Origin: an uncultured Nitrososphaerota archaeon
GTDB lineage: Archaea > Asgardarchaeota > Njordarchaeia > Njordarchaeales > Njordarchaeaceae
Reading direction: 5' to 3'
Assembly: GCA_964518475.1 (NCBI GenBank)
Contig: CAZFGR010000009.1
Coordinates: 1 to 64,000 of the forward strand
Length of the DNA: 64,000 nt
The notes under the pieces are model-generated. The model was not told the DNA's origin. It ran no database searches and was given only the letters and a program-made list of their open reading frames with translations. The translations under genes and the position numbers were made by a program. Shown here piece by piece: positions 19,345 to 29,581 of the stretch (the first letter of the stretch is position 1; each line of letters opens with the position of its first letter).

Positions 19345-21378
19345 TTATTTAATTGTTCTATGTTTTTTCCATCTTATTACTTGATAAGCATCTACCCCAA
19401 ATCTAGCTTTTATAAACTTCTCCAACCCCGTAACCAATTCTCTAGAATTTCGAGCTCTGCTAAGCATCTCGTCAATAGAGTCTTCAGTCACTATTTCGTA
19501 AACCCAAGCAAGCTTTCCCTTACCACCTCTCAAAACTCGTCCAACCCTTTGTATAAACTCCCGCTCCTGTTTTGATCCCCCAGCAATTATTGCTACTGAG
19601 GCATCCCCTACATCAACACCCTCCTCTGCCTTCTTGACAAGAACAATGCACCTTAAGTCCCCTCGAATAAATGCTTTTTGAATGGTTTCTTCTTTACCAG
19701 AGTCAACCTTTGATGTGAGAAGAGCTGTCGGGATTAATCCTTTTATTGCTCTCGCTATTTGTTCGGCGAATTTTATACTTCCCGAGAAGATGAATATTTT
19801 CTCATCCTTATGGAGCTTGACCAGTTCTTTTATAACATCAATTTTTACAGGATTATCTCTGGCTACTTCAATCATTTTATTAATTATTCTCCTTTTCTCT
19901 ATCTCATTACTTACTCTTTCAAGACGCTTCTCCAACTGAGCATATATCAATTTGTGCTCAACAGGCATGGGGACGAGGATTTTTCTTATCGCTACTGGAG
20001 CTAGAATCCCTCTTCTCACAAGGTCTTGGTAAAAGACTTTGTAAACTATCCCACCAGCTAGTCTAAACAAGAGAATTTCGTTACCATCTCTTCTTTTAGG
20101 TGTTGCTGAGAGAGCCATCCTATACGGTGCTCTTAGGAATAAAGCAACGTTCTTAAATGTTCTTGCTGGAATATGATGGGCCTCATCAAAAAAAACCATA
20201 GCGAACTTATCCGATAGTTTTTCAATATATTTGTAAGCTGATTGATAAGTCGCTACTGTTATCTCCCTTATCCGCTGTTCACCTCCACCAAATACTCCAA
20301 CGAACCCTCTAGGCACTCCCAAGTATTTCATGATTCTATCAACCCACTGGTTTAACAACCACTTATTAGGTACTAAAATCAAGGAAGGAAGTCTCTTCTC
20401 GGCAATAGCTGCGAGAGCAATAAATGTTTTACCTCCTCCGGTCGGCAGAACAATTGTGCCTCGTCCTCCCGCGTTAAGCCAGGCATTTAACGCCTCTTTC
20501 TGATGATCCATTAGGAATAGATTCCCAGCTTTTATATACTCAGAAAAACTGCTTTTCAGGGGAACTCCATAGTCTATTTCATAGTTTATATCATATGATC
20601 TGAGAAGCTTATCAACAACCGATAATGCGTAAGAAGGTAAGAAGATTCTTATATCTCCGGTGGGCAGTTTTTTAATTCTTCCCAGTTCTTGTCTCTTCGC
20701 TACAAGCTCTCCACTAATATCCTCAATATAATATTCGATGTTTCCAATTTCTAACAAGGAGTAGATCAAAGATTCTTTAACAAGGCTAGCGGGAATATCT
20801 ATTCTAATGAACTTTGGCGAGATAGGATATATCCTTATCTTTGGAGAGAACTCCTTAAGAATATCGGGGTTAATATACTTCTTAAGAAGTGCTGGTAATG
20901 CATCATAACTATTCCTATGAATGAACTCGACTATGTTTCTTATCGGAAAATAGATATAAACTACTTCTACTTCTCCAAAGCTTTTGAGAGTCTTCCTTTC
21001 CTTCACAATTCGAGGCTCAAAAACTTTGAAATTTTCACTCTTGATTATTTGATAAGGATCAATGTTCACGGGCAAAATTTTTAACCCATTATTCGCCATC
21101 TCCAAGCTCTTTACTTCCTTTTTTAGTTCATCTATTATCGCCTCTAATTGCTCAGCATATATAGCGTCAATATTTCTGAGATAATGAACTAATTCCTCGG
21201 CTACACTCATATTAGGGAATATTCGCCAATTAATATTCCATGTTTTCTCGTCAGGATCCCAAGAAGCAAATTTTTTGAGAAATTCTGATAGTTCCTTGAT
21301 TCTTGTCCAAGATAACTCTCTCGAAGACTGAATAACCTTGCTCCCTATGCGAATTTTCTGGACAGGCATTTTACTCAC
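19345..21378 (-). CDS. xpb: XPB/Rad25-like SF2 DNA helicase
   Basis: LPTGGGKT, TYQS, DEAHH, LSATPKRRDG, EGVD, QRVGRVLR, YEIVTEDS. Confidence 0.85.
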   Translation of the reverse strand: MSKMPVQKIRIGSKVIQSSRELSWTRIKELSEFLKKFASWDPDEKTWNINWRIFPNMSVAEELVHYLRNIDAIYAEQLEAIIDELKKEVKSLEMANNGLKILPVNIDPYQIIKSENFKVFEPRIVKERKTLKSFGEVEVVYIYFPIRNIVEFIHRNSYDALPALLKKYINPDILKEFSPKIRIYPISPKFIRIDIPASLVKESLIYSLLEIGNIEYYIEDISGELVAKRQELGRIKKLPTGDIRIFLPSYALSVVDKLLRSYDINYEIDYGVPLKSSFSEYIKAGNLFLMDHQKEALNAWLNAGGRGTIVLPTGGGKTFIALAAIAEKRLPSLILVPNKWLLNQWVDRIMKYLGVPRGFVGVFGGGEQRIREITVATYQSAYKYIEKLSDKFAMVFFDEAHHIPARTFKNVALFLRAPYRMALSATPKRRDGNEILLFRLAGGIVYKVFYQDLVRRGILAPVAIRKILVPMPVEHKLIYAQLEKRLERVSNEIEKRRIINKMIEVARDNPVKIDVIKELVKLHKDEKIFIFSGSIKFAEQIARAIKGLIPTALLTSKVDSGKEETIQKAFIRGDLRCIVLVKKAEEGVDVGDASVAIIAGGSKQEREFIQRVGRVLRGGKGKLAWVYEIVTEDSIDEMLSRARNSRELVTGLEKFIKARFGVDAYQVIRWKKHRTIK

Positions 21379-21420
21379 TTGTTACTTATTCGCGTTAATG
21401 ATAAGAGCGTATTACCAGTT

Positions 21421-22998
21421 TTAAGAAGTCTTAATAGTTTCCCTCTCTATTATTCTTGCAAACCGTTTTCTAAGAGAGACAGGCACGCTCTTAGAATCTA
21501 CTAAGTACTTCTTTAAAACATCGAGAGAATCTCTATCACTTTGCTTAGATAACTCGTACACTATGCTCTCTATAAGCATAGTTAATGATTCAATAATCTC
21601 TTTGCGGTCCCGAGAAAACTCAGCAATTCTTCCTAATATTTCCCCTAATTCCTCTATGGATAGATAATTCCAAAAAAAGCTCAATACTTCGATCAAGCTT
21701 TTCAAAATAGCTGATCTCGGATCTTTAACAGCCTTTTTCAAAATCTTCCTTACAAAATCTTTTCCCACCTCTTCTCTCTTATTAAGCAGTGATAAAAGAG
21801 CTAATCTAGCAGCATTAGCATATTTACTAGCTAATAAGGCAATCACTGATCTCTTATACTCATCACCTCTTAACTCATCTAGTATCTCTAGTATACCGGC
21901 TACTGCTAATTTTCTAACCGAACTTCTTTTATCATAACATAATCTCCACAGTATCTCTATAACTTCTCTATGATTCCTCACTATCTTAGAAGCGGCTAGA
22001 GCTGCTAATTCCCGAATCCTATAATACTTACTCCTACTCAGTTTCTTGAGAAGATCAACTCTGATGAAGCCCTCTCTCTTTAATAAGGTCTCTAATAGAT
22101 CAGAAGCTTCGACAAATACACGATCACCATGGATACGTGTAGCTCGAATTATTGATGCTAAGCAAAGATCATAGTACTTCTCTGGATTTCCCACCATTTT
22201 AATAGTCCAGAAAACAGCCGCTGCCTCCAGATGATCTACGGTCACCATAGCGCCTCTTAAGAGAATCCTTTGAAAACGTTCCTCAGAGAAGAAGCTTCTG
22301 ATTAACTGAACGATTTGAGAACGAATATCCCGACTAGTTATGTAAAGTTTATACAGCCCCGCTGCAGTAGCTAAGAGGGTTTCTGAATAACGCAATAATT
22401 TCACTTTATCAACTATTAGTACTCTCGATAACATTTCCAGAGAATTTTTGATACCAATAAAATCTGATAATTCAGCTATCGCGCGAATATACCACTTATA
22501 CGCAGATTCCGGCAAATTCTTACCTAATGTTTCTAAGATCACTATGATTTGTTTAGAGGAAAGTACAGGAGTTAAAGCGGGAATCACTTTAGCTAGAATA
22601 GGAGACATGTTCCTATTTTCCAGTAAATTCTGCACATAAGCCCATACTTCCTTCGAGTCCCTCCCATTCAACATACTCCTAATATACTCAACAGCATCAG
22701 AGAAGTCTTCGTTCTCTATTAAACAATCAGCCATTGAGAAGACTATTTGTAAAGGCATATCCCCTGATAAGGAAACAATAGCATCGATCAAATTCCTTTT
22801 TTCTGATTGCTTAGCATTTTTAAGAAGCTTACACAGGACGTTCCCAAGTTCTGAACCATACTTCCTAAAAAGCTCAGGAATTACGCGATGATCCATACTG
22901 GCTAATTCTTCGGCAATTTTAGTTAACGACTCACCTTTCTTCAAAGCCTCCAAGGCTTTTTTCTTAAAAAGCATATAATGTTGTGAAATATTTTCCAT
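21421..22998 (-). CDS. Alpha-solenoid (HEAT-repeat) protein
   Basis: Helical throughout; SKYYRIRELAA, DKRSSVRKLAV and DPRSAILK repeats. Confidence 0.65.
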   Translation of the reverse strand: MENISQHYMLFKKKALEALKKGESLTKIAEELASMDHRVIPELFRKYGSELGNVLCKLLKNAKQSEKRNLIDAIVSLSGDMPLQIVFSMADCLIENEDFSDAVEYIRSMLNGRDSKEVWAYVQNLLENRNMSPILAKVIPALTPVLSSKQIIVILETLGKNLPESAYKWYIRAIAELSDFIGIKNSLEMLSRVLIVDKVKLLRYSETLLATAAGLYKLYITSRDIRSQIVQLIRSFFSEERFQRILLRGAMVTVDHLEAAAVFWTIKMVGNPEKYYDLCLASIIRATRIHGDRVFVEASDLLETLLKREGFIRVDLLKKLSRSKYYRIRELAALAASKIVRNHREVIEILWRLCYDKRSSVRKLAVAGILEILDELRGDEYKRSVIALLASKYANAARLALLSLLNKREEVGKDFVRKILKKAVKDPRSAILKSLIEVLSFFWNYLSIEELGEILGRIAEFSRDRKEIIESLTMLIESIVYELSKQSDRDSLDVLKKYLVDSKSVPVSLRKRFARIIERETIKTS

Positions 22999-23025
22999 TA
23001 ATACAACACCAAAAAAGACCGAGAA

Positions 23026-24075
23026 CTACCTGGAATACGCGTCACGCAAAACTCGTAAATACTCCAGCACTAACTTCTTCTCTAGCTCTCCACTCTTTAG
23101 CTTATTCATAACCTTTGCAATAACGTATCTAGGGAATACGAACGTTACTGTTGGGTCAGAGAAGAGGTAATACTTATCCTCGTGCTTTTCCACTATCTCG
23201 TAAGGTCTTAATCGTTCCTCTATAATTTGATCCCACCCATGAGTACCAGCTTCGTCTTCACTAATAATACCCCTACTCCTAAACTCTGAGAGAACCTTGT
23301 AAGTATTCACATCGGCTAGGATACTTGGTAGAATATTTTTATCTTGGATCCATTCCCTATCATAATATCTCTTGACGAATTCGCTCCATCTCTCCACATA
23401 CCCAGGAATGTTTTTAGCTATTTGATCAAAGGCTTTTGGTCTTCTTCGAATAAAGGCCACATCCCTTAACAAGTAAACACGTTCGATAAGTGCTTTCTCG
23501 TCATAATGAGTTAGAAGCACATTAAGCGCTTCCAATGTATAGACATAAGAAGCGATAACATCACGACCTACTCCTGGGTGAATCCCTCTCAGTCGCCTCA
23601 CAATCTCGTCTAGAGTTAATATGCCTTCCTCAACCATTAGATCTAGTAAAGTTCTCGCCTCCTCATCCATGAAAACATCCGCCAGTCTCTGCTCCATTGT
23701 TAAGGATGGATAATTGGTGATCCAGTTCAGCGCCTCAGCCCAACTCTCTTCCGAATAGAGCATTTCTTCGCCCATTTTGAAAATTTTCAACGCTAAACGA
23801 ACAAGACCGCCTCGATAATCATTAGGATTCTCGCCAGATTTCAGAATAACACCAAAAATTTCATTGAGTTCTACTCCAGAGTAATAGGCTAAGATATTTC
23901 GCCCACCCGAGGAAATGTTATAGAACCCTTCTCTTCTTTCTTCCTCTTCCAGAAAAAGCCCACCGAAAACGTTCACTAGTTCATCAGGTGATAGACTTAA
24001 CTCTACTGGATAAGTACCTAATAGCATCGGACCTCTACGAGGATCCCACCTCATCCTAAAGATACCTTCGGGCAA
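23026..24075 (-). CDS. Longin/uDENN-like N-terminal domain plus tandem winged-helix domains (NPRL2-like architecture)
   Basis: N-terminal beta-WDPRRGP-beta-YP motif and longin-type strand/helix pattern; two wHTH-like segments (ARTLLDLMVEEGILTLDEI; TYKVLSEFRSRGII). Confidence 0.55.
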   Translation of the reverse strand: MPEGIFRMRWDPRRGPMLLGTYPVELSLSPDELVNVFGGLFLEEEERREGFYNISSGGRNILAYYSGVELNEIFGVILKSGENPNDYRGGLVRLALKIFKMGEEMLYSEESWAEALNWITNYPSLTMEQRLADVFMDEEARTLLDLMVEEGILTLDEIVRRLRGIHPGVGRDVIASYVYTLEALNVLLTHYDEKALIERVYLLRDVAFIRRRPKAFDQIAKNIPGYVERWSEFVKRYYDREWIQDKNILPSILADVNTYKVLSEFRSRGIISEDEAGTHGWDQIIEERLRPYEIVEKHEDKYYLFSDPTVTFVFPRYVIAKVMNKLKSGELEKKLVLEYLRVLRDAYSR

Positions 24076-24242
24076 GGATTACACCCACTTATTTCATCTT
24101 TCACAGTAAGCAAATAGTTTTTCCCAAAAAATCATAATCAATCATAATTAAAAATAATTATAAAAATATATAATACATCGTGTTAGGAGAGTAAGATATT
24201 CACAATATAAAAGTATCTAGTAAAAACAATTCCATAGTATCG

Positions 24243-24866
24243 GTGGCTAATTTGACGATCGAAAATGAAATCCTAAGACTACTCCGAAGTCACCCCTTAG
24301 GACTTACCACAAAAGAAATAGCGGAAAAACTCAATGTGAGTAGAAACACTATTGCAAAATACGTAGAAAAACTCAAAGAAAAGGGTATTCTAGCAGAGAA
24401 ACGCGTTGGAGCTTATAGATTATGGCTCCTAAGCGAATACTATCAGCGAAGCAAATTATTTTCCCGGAGAATACTAATAGCTTTATCCCAAGCTCTCCTA
24501 AGATTATTGGGAGAAGAAGCCTATAAACTTGCCCAAACAGTAGGTAGGATCATGGCTGAAGATCTCTACCCCGAACTAGAAATAGATCCGGACGACCCAT
24601 TCGAAAGCATCGCAGACATCTTATCAAATCTTGCCGAAGGCGTCCGCTCAGAAAGCATAAAAATAAATGAACAACGCGGCTTATTAGTGGTGAGAATAAA
24701 TGATCCAACACTCCCAGAGGAATTCCTTAACCTCTTATCGAACATTCTTAAAGGCTCCATAGAAGAAATAATCGAGAAACGCTATGGAGAGAAATACTCA
24801 GTAAGCTTAAGCACGAATAAAAAACCCGACTCATTCGAAATAGTGATGGAAATCCAGCTAGCATGA
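24243..24866 (+). CDS. wHTH-V4R-like transcriptional regulator, paralog of 16363..17022
   Basis: GLTTKEIAEKLNVSRNTIAKY...VGAYRLW, similar to the paralog along its length (PFE.IA, RG, FE....I). Confidence 0.7.
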   Translation: MANLTIENEILRLLRSHPLGLTTKEIAEKLNVSRNTIAKYVEKLKEKGILAEKRVGAYRLWLLSEYYQRSKLFSRRILIALSQALLRLLGEEAYKLAQTVGRIMAEDLYPELEIDPDDPFESIADILSNLAEGVRSESIKINEQRGLLVVRINDPTLPEEFLNLLSNILKGSIEEIIEKRYGEKYSVSLSTNKKPDSFEIVMEIQLA

Positions 24867-24997
24867 AAAATCTTTCAATCTTCACTCTTGTTGACAAATC
24901 CGTGCATTTGTCTACATTATTCCCCGGGAGAATGGTTCAGATCAGTTCATTTTAGTCTAGAAACTTTTCTCCTAAGTGATTAAGAGAGGTTGGTGAT

Positions 24998-25495
24998 GTG
25001 ACGGATAATTGTTACAGGGTAATTATTTGGCGCCGAATGAGGATAGATCTTGTTAAGATTTGGCCAATATATCGAGAGGAAAAAGGTGTCGAGAAGGATT
25101 TAGGAGAATGCATTGATGATCTTCTCAATTTTGTTCTCTCAGATCTGCGTGAAGAGCTAGAGGAAAAGCTGTGGGAGAAAATAGTTAGTGAGTATGGTAA
25201 AGGTTTTCTTGAAGATGTTCTTAAACTGCAGGAATTGTTTCTTGATGAAGGGAACTATGATTCTGACCTGGAACCCGTTATTGGGCTTCTCTATTTTTGG
25301 CGTGAAATTTTTAGTGGGATTGTCTGGGTTTTGCCAGATAATATATTTTCAATAATAAAGAATAATAAGGATTTTATAGAGAGGGGAGTTTTTGGAGATT
25401 TTCTGAGAAAAAGCTTAGTAAATGTGACTCATGATAAGTATCCGTTAAGCTTATTCTTCGGTATTGAAATCAGAGAGGTATCAGATATCTGCTAA
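24998..25495 (+). CDS. Hypothetical protein
   Basis: 165-aa ORF with GGTGA RBS and typical composition; no recognised motif. Confidence 0.6.
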   Translation: MTDNCYRVIIWRRMRIDLVKIWPIYREEKGVEKDLGECIDDLLNFVLSDLREELEEKLWEKIVSEYGKGFLEDVLKLQELFLDEGNYDSDLEPVIGLLYFWREIFSGIVWVLPDNIFSIIKNNKDFIERGVFGDFLRKSLVNVTHDKYPLSLFFGIEIREVSDIC

Positions 25496-25676
25496 AAATT
25501 GTGAAAAATTCAGCTAGAAACTTTATGTTATACCTTGTAAACTAGTAACATATGGTTCTATTTCCTTCTCCAACTTGAGGGATAAGGAACTATCTTCTAG
25601 GATTTTCCCATAGAAATAACTATGCAATCACTTTAAATTATCTATTTTAATATCATAACTCTAAGGTAACTGGAGG

Positions 25677-26306
25677 GTGTTCTGGTTGGCTCTAGACGAG
25701 TATAACATTATCATTTCTGGTGTCGGTGGACTTGGGATTTTGACTATGGCTAGGATTATTGCTGAGACAGCTCTTATAGAGGAAAAGAATGTAACCATGA
25801 GCGAGATTCACGGGTTATCTCAGAGATATGGAATGGTTGTGACTCACGTGCGTATTGGTTCGGATGTTATGGGGCCCTTAGTAAAGGAGGGTTTTGCAGA
25901 TCTCCTTATTGGTTTGGAGCCTGTAGAGGCTTTGCGACATATTGAGATGATTAAAGATGATGGTTATGTGATTCTTAATCTTAACATGATTCCGCCGCCC
26001 ACAGTTACTCTCGGTATCGATATTTATCCCCGATTGGAGGATATTCTGAATGCTCTCTCCAAAAAGACAAGTAAGATAGTAAAGATTAATGCTTTAGAGA
26101 AGGCTGAAGAGTTAGGTAATCCTCTGCTTCAAAATACAATACTTCTGGGAATAGCGCTTTCACTCCCGAACTTCCCACTATCCCCAGAGAACTGCGAGAA
26201 AGCTATTGAGAAAGTTTTCGCTGGTCGCGAAGATGTCATAAACTTAAACAAGAAGGCTTTGAGGGAAGGAATGAGTATTGCCAAGACTCTTCTAGCAAAT
26301 CTATAG
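25677..26306 (+). CDS. iorB: Indolepyruvate:ferredoxin oxidoreductase beta subunit
   Basis: GVGGLG, SEIHGLSQRYG, GLEPVEALR, NTILLG, NKKAL. Confidence 0.92.
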   Translation: MFWLALDEYNIIISGVGGLGILTMARIIAETALIEEKNVTMSEIHGLSQRYGMVVTHVRIGSDVMGPLVKEGFADLLIGLEPVEALRHIEMIKDDGYVILNLNMIPPPTVTLGIDIYPRLEDILNALSKKTSKIVKINALEKAEELGNPLLQNTILLGIALSLPNFPLSPENCEKAIEKVFAGREDVINLNKKALREGMSIAKTLLANL

Positions 26307-26353
26307 GGACGAAGACAACAATTATTATCTCATTTTTCCTTGGTGTAAATAAA

Positions 26354-27148
26354 TTGATTCTGGGGCTTTCCTCTATTATCTCTTTCAGAGAGGGTGTGAA
26401 GAAGGCTCTGGAAATCGCTAAAAAGCTGAGTGTTAGCCATTTAGACATATTCTGTGCCCCTAAACACTTCGACATATACGCTTCAGAGAATGTTCTAAGG
26501 GAGCTTCGGGATCTTGCGGATTCATTGAATATGTCACTTAGCTTAAAAGCTCCCGCTTTTACTCAGAATATTGCCAGTTTTAATGACTACGTCCGTGACC
26601 TAGCTCTTAAGCAGTATAAAAGATGCATAGACCTTTGCGCATATCTCGAATGTGCTTTCACAACTATTCGGGCGGGGATATTCTTTTACGAAGAGAGAAG
26701 AAAGATGGCTTTTGCTTTGAAACAGTTAGTTGAAAACATGAATAATATTCTTCTATACGCCTCTAAAGCCGGTGTAAATGTGTTGGTTGAGAATTATTAT
26801 CTCCCAATGGACGTGGTCAAGAGGACACGGGATCTCCAAAGATTCGTCACATTTTTCTCGCATTTCGAGAATTTCGGTATTGCTTTGAACATGGCACACT
26901 TAATAAATGTTAGAGAGAAAGTGAGTAGAGTAATGCATGATAAGAAAGTTTTAGAAAAAATTAGAGCTGTTTATTTAGGTCCTCCCCCAACTCCTTGGGA
27001 CACGGAATATGATCTATCAAAAATGGATCTCGTAGTGAAGATGACTAAACAATTATTCCCTAAGCTTAGGGATCGCACATGGATAGTAGCATCTATCGAT
27101 TCCGAAATTGCGAAAAAGTTGATCAGAATTTTGAGGGAGTTTAGATGA
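26354..27148 (+). CDS. Xylose-isomerase/AP-endonuclease-2 TIM barrel protein with degenerate metal site
   Basis: SLKAP...NIAS, VLVEN, GIALNMAH; several metal ligands substituted. Confidence 0.7.
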   Translation: MILGLSSIISFREGVKKALEIAKKLSVSHLDIFCAPKHFDIYASENVLRELRDLADSLNMSLSLKAPAFTQNIASFNDYVRDLALKQYKRCIDLCAYLECAFTTIRAGIFFYEERRKMAFALKQLVENMNNILLYASKAGVNVLVENYYLPMDVVKRTRDLQRFVTFFSHFENFGIALNMAHLINVREKVSRVMHDKKVLEKIRAVYLGPPPTPWDTEYDLSKMDLVVKMTKQLFPKLRDRTWIVASIDSEIAKKLIRILREFR

Positions 27149-27981
27149 GACCCATCTATGGAGTATCCACGGCTATTCTTGGGAAATACGATGAAAGTAT
27201 CATTAATGCTGTGGATTTTGCTGGTGAAAAAAACTTTGATGTGCTAGAAATCATCTGTGAAGCACCAGAATTCGTACCTGGAAAAGTTCCTAACGAGTAT
27301 CTTAGAGAGATAAGAAGAAAGGCAGATGATTATGGATTAAGACTGCAGCTCCATGCCCCTTTTTACAGCATAAATCTCGCAAGTTTAGATCCCGAAGTTA
27401 ATCAGATGTCTCGGTATATTCTTTTAAAAACCATTGAAGCAGCGGTAGAGTTGGAAGCAAAAATGATAACATTTCATCTAGGATTGTGTTTTCTTCCATG
27501 CAAATTGTATTATGAAGAAGCCATGAGCATATTATTAGAAAACGTGATGATGCTAGTAGACTATGCAAACGAACACTCCATAATCCTTGCTGCAGAGAAT
27601 AGAGGTGGAAGATTAGATATTGGCCGATCAGAGGATCTTTTATACGTAATTAATAAATTGGGAAAACCAAAAAACCTCGGAATCACCTTTGACGTAGTAC
27701 AAGCAAACGTGGTTAATGATCCCATAGAAGAATATCTAAAGGTAAAAGACTTCGTCGTAAATTCTCATATAAGAGATGCTCCCAAAGGCAAAGAAGCCCT
27801 CTTAGCTGTGGGAGAAGGAGAAATCGATTTTCAAAAATTAGTCAAATTGTTTATAGATAATAATTTTTACGGACCCTATGTATTTGAGGTATCTAGTAAG
27901 GAGAGAGCGTTGATTAGTCGAGGAGCTTTTGAGGAAATATTTAGCAATTTATTACTAAATGATGATAAGGCGGTTAGCTGA
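27145..27981 (+). CDS. Sugar phosphate isomerase/epimerase (AP-endonuclease-2 TIM barrel)
   Basis: LEI, QLHAPF..INLAS, TFHLG, AAEN, TFD, HIRD, GEGEIDF, FE. Confidence 0.85.
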   Translation: MRPIYGVSTAILGKYDESIINAVDFAGEKNFDVLEIICEAPEFVPGKVPNEYLREIRRKADDYGLRLQLHAPFYSINLASLDPEVNQMSRYILLKTIEAAVELEAKMITFHLGLCFLPCKLYYEEAMSILLENVMMLVDYANEHSIILAAENRGGRLDIGRSEDLLYVINKLGKPKNLGITFDVVQANVVNDPIEEYLKVKDFVVNSHIRDAPKGKEALLAVGEGEIDFQKLVKLFIDNNFYGPYVFEVSSKERALISRGAFEEIFSNLLLNDDKAVS

Positions 27982-27992
27982 ATAATGATGAC

Positions 27993-28619
27993 TCATCGCC
28001 CGGCTGATTCCTTGAATGCATTAATAGATTCTTCTATAGCTATTCTCACTCCTTTAACCATCATTTCGAAAGCCATGCTGGGTTGTGGCTTATCAACTAC
28101 TTGTTTCGGTAGGAATGGTAAATGAATAAAACCTGCTCTCGCATTCATTCCCATTTTATCAATATAGTAGAGGAAGGTGTACATTACGGTATTGCATAGA
28201 TAGGTACCCGCTGAGTTAGAGATCATTGCTGGGATACCTTCCTCCCGAAGCCTTTTCACTATCCTCTTTATAGGGATCGTGGCGAAATATGCCGCTGGAC
28301 CATCCTGGAAAATAGGTTCGTCCTCCGGTTTATAGCCTTCATTATCTGGTTTCTCAGTATCCATTACATTTATCGCAACTCTCTCAACAGTAATCACTGG
28401 TCGTCCACTGGCGAGACCCAGACTAATAATGATACTGGGATCATGGTTCCTGAGGAGCTCAGGTATTAAGTGAATTACTTTCTTAAAAGCAACTGGTAAC
28501 TTCTCAGCAACAATCTCTGCCCCGGCTATTTCTAACCCATTAAGAGTCTTCGCGACTTCCCATGATGGATTTACCTTATATTTGCCGAATGGTTCGAATC
28601 CAGTTATGAGGACTCTCAT
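27993..28619 (-). CDS. pcp: Pyroglutamyl-peptidase I
   Basis: LITGFEPFG, ERVAIN, SAGTYLCN, GFIHLP (E-C-H triad). Confidence 0.96.
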   Translation of the reverse strand: MRVLITGFEPFGKYKVNPSWEVAKTLNGLEIAGAEIVAEKLPVAFKKVIHLIPELLRNHDPSIIISLGLASGRPVITVERVAINVMDTEKPDNEGYKPEDEPIFQDGPAAYFATIPIKRIVKRLREEGIPAMISNSAGTYLCNTVMYTFLYYIDKMGMNARAGFIHLPFLPKQVVDKPQPSMAFEMMVKGVRIAIEESINAFKESAGR

Positions 28620-29446
28620 TACTCATCCTTCCCTGATTCTTTTTCACTTTTTTCCCATTGAGTAAATAAAACTTTTTTAACTTCTTCGACTGTTTTTTCT
28701 CCTATCCCCTCCACATCGATATCCCACCGATTGATCTTTAATATAGCGTTATATGGCGTGCCGTAGAATTCTAGCAATTTCTGCGCCCTGGAAATATTTA
28801 TTCCTGGAAGACCAGCTAGGAAGAAGAGCTGCTTATCACGAATTGTCTTTAGTTTAGGTTTTGCTCTTACGATACTTTTTGTTTCTCTCTTCTTAGATTT
28901 TGATAATCCCTTCGCCTCTAGATAAAGAGCCATAAGAATTGATGCCCCGTGGTAAGCGTCGTAGGATTTTATAACTTGCACACCTAAGGATTCGATGTAT
29001 CTTAATGCGCCTTCGTACTGGTTCGGATGAATCCTAATCTGCTCCTCAACAACGTTCCATAATCTCTCACTTATCTGCCTGCGATTAATTGGGATAAAAA
29101 TTGATTTCGTTGTCGGATCTAAACGTACGGCCAGTCCGCCTTCTAGGAGAAGAATAGGTTTTTCAAAATTCTCCACCAGAGCTTCAATCTGTTCTTTAAG
29201 CCTTAGTCGCCCACTTCTGTCCCCAAATAAACTATGACAGAAATCTCTAACAGTTTTCCTCTCTACCCCGATCCCTCCTGGTAAGATTATGTCAGCTACT
29301 GGTAGTTTATTTATTTGATAGTAGATACCCCTCTTATCCAACATCTTTAAGAAAATCGTTATTGATGTCTCTTTTTTCCTATTACTTACTTCATGCACGT
29401 CCACGAGCACTTCTGGTACTCTGCCGAACAGATCTACTTGAACCAC
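28619..29446 (-). CDS. xpf: Short XPF/ERCC4 structure-specific nuclease with HhH domain
   Basis: VDVHE, LPVAD, VERKT..DF, LPGI...A..LL and EGIGEK HhH motifs; no helicase domain. Confidence 0.85.
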   Translation of the reverse strand: MVQVDLFGRVPEVLVDVHEVSNRKKETSITIFLKMLDKRGIYYQINKLPVADIILPGGIGVERKTVRDFCHSLFGDRSGRLRLKEQIEALVENFEKPILLLEGGLAVRLDPTTKSIFIPINRRQISERLWNVVEEQIRIHPNQYEGALRYIESLGVQVIKSYDAYHGASILMALYLEAKGLSKSKKRETKSIVRAKPKLKTIRDKQLFFLAGLPGINISRAQKLLEFYGTPYNAILKINRWDIDVEGIGEKTVEEVKKVLFTQWEKSEKESGKDE

Positions 29447-29536
29447 GCAAACACCTTAACGAGATCATTACATTACTTTAACAACCATCTAATAAGTAAA
29501 GCAAAACTTATATACATAACTAGCTTCTTTTTTCAT

Positions 29537-29581
29537 CGGCCGTGAGGCCGGGGTCGGGGAGGAGGGGATCCTCCCCGACCC
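29537..29581 (+). promoter_or_regulatory. Structured 5' leader (two GC hairpins) upstream of ssb
   Basis: CGGCC-GTGA-GGCCG (29537-29550), then a 13-bp perfect stem GGGTCGGGGAGGA/TCCTCCCCGACCC (29551-29581); TTATATA box at about 29508-29514. Confidence 0.6.
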
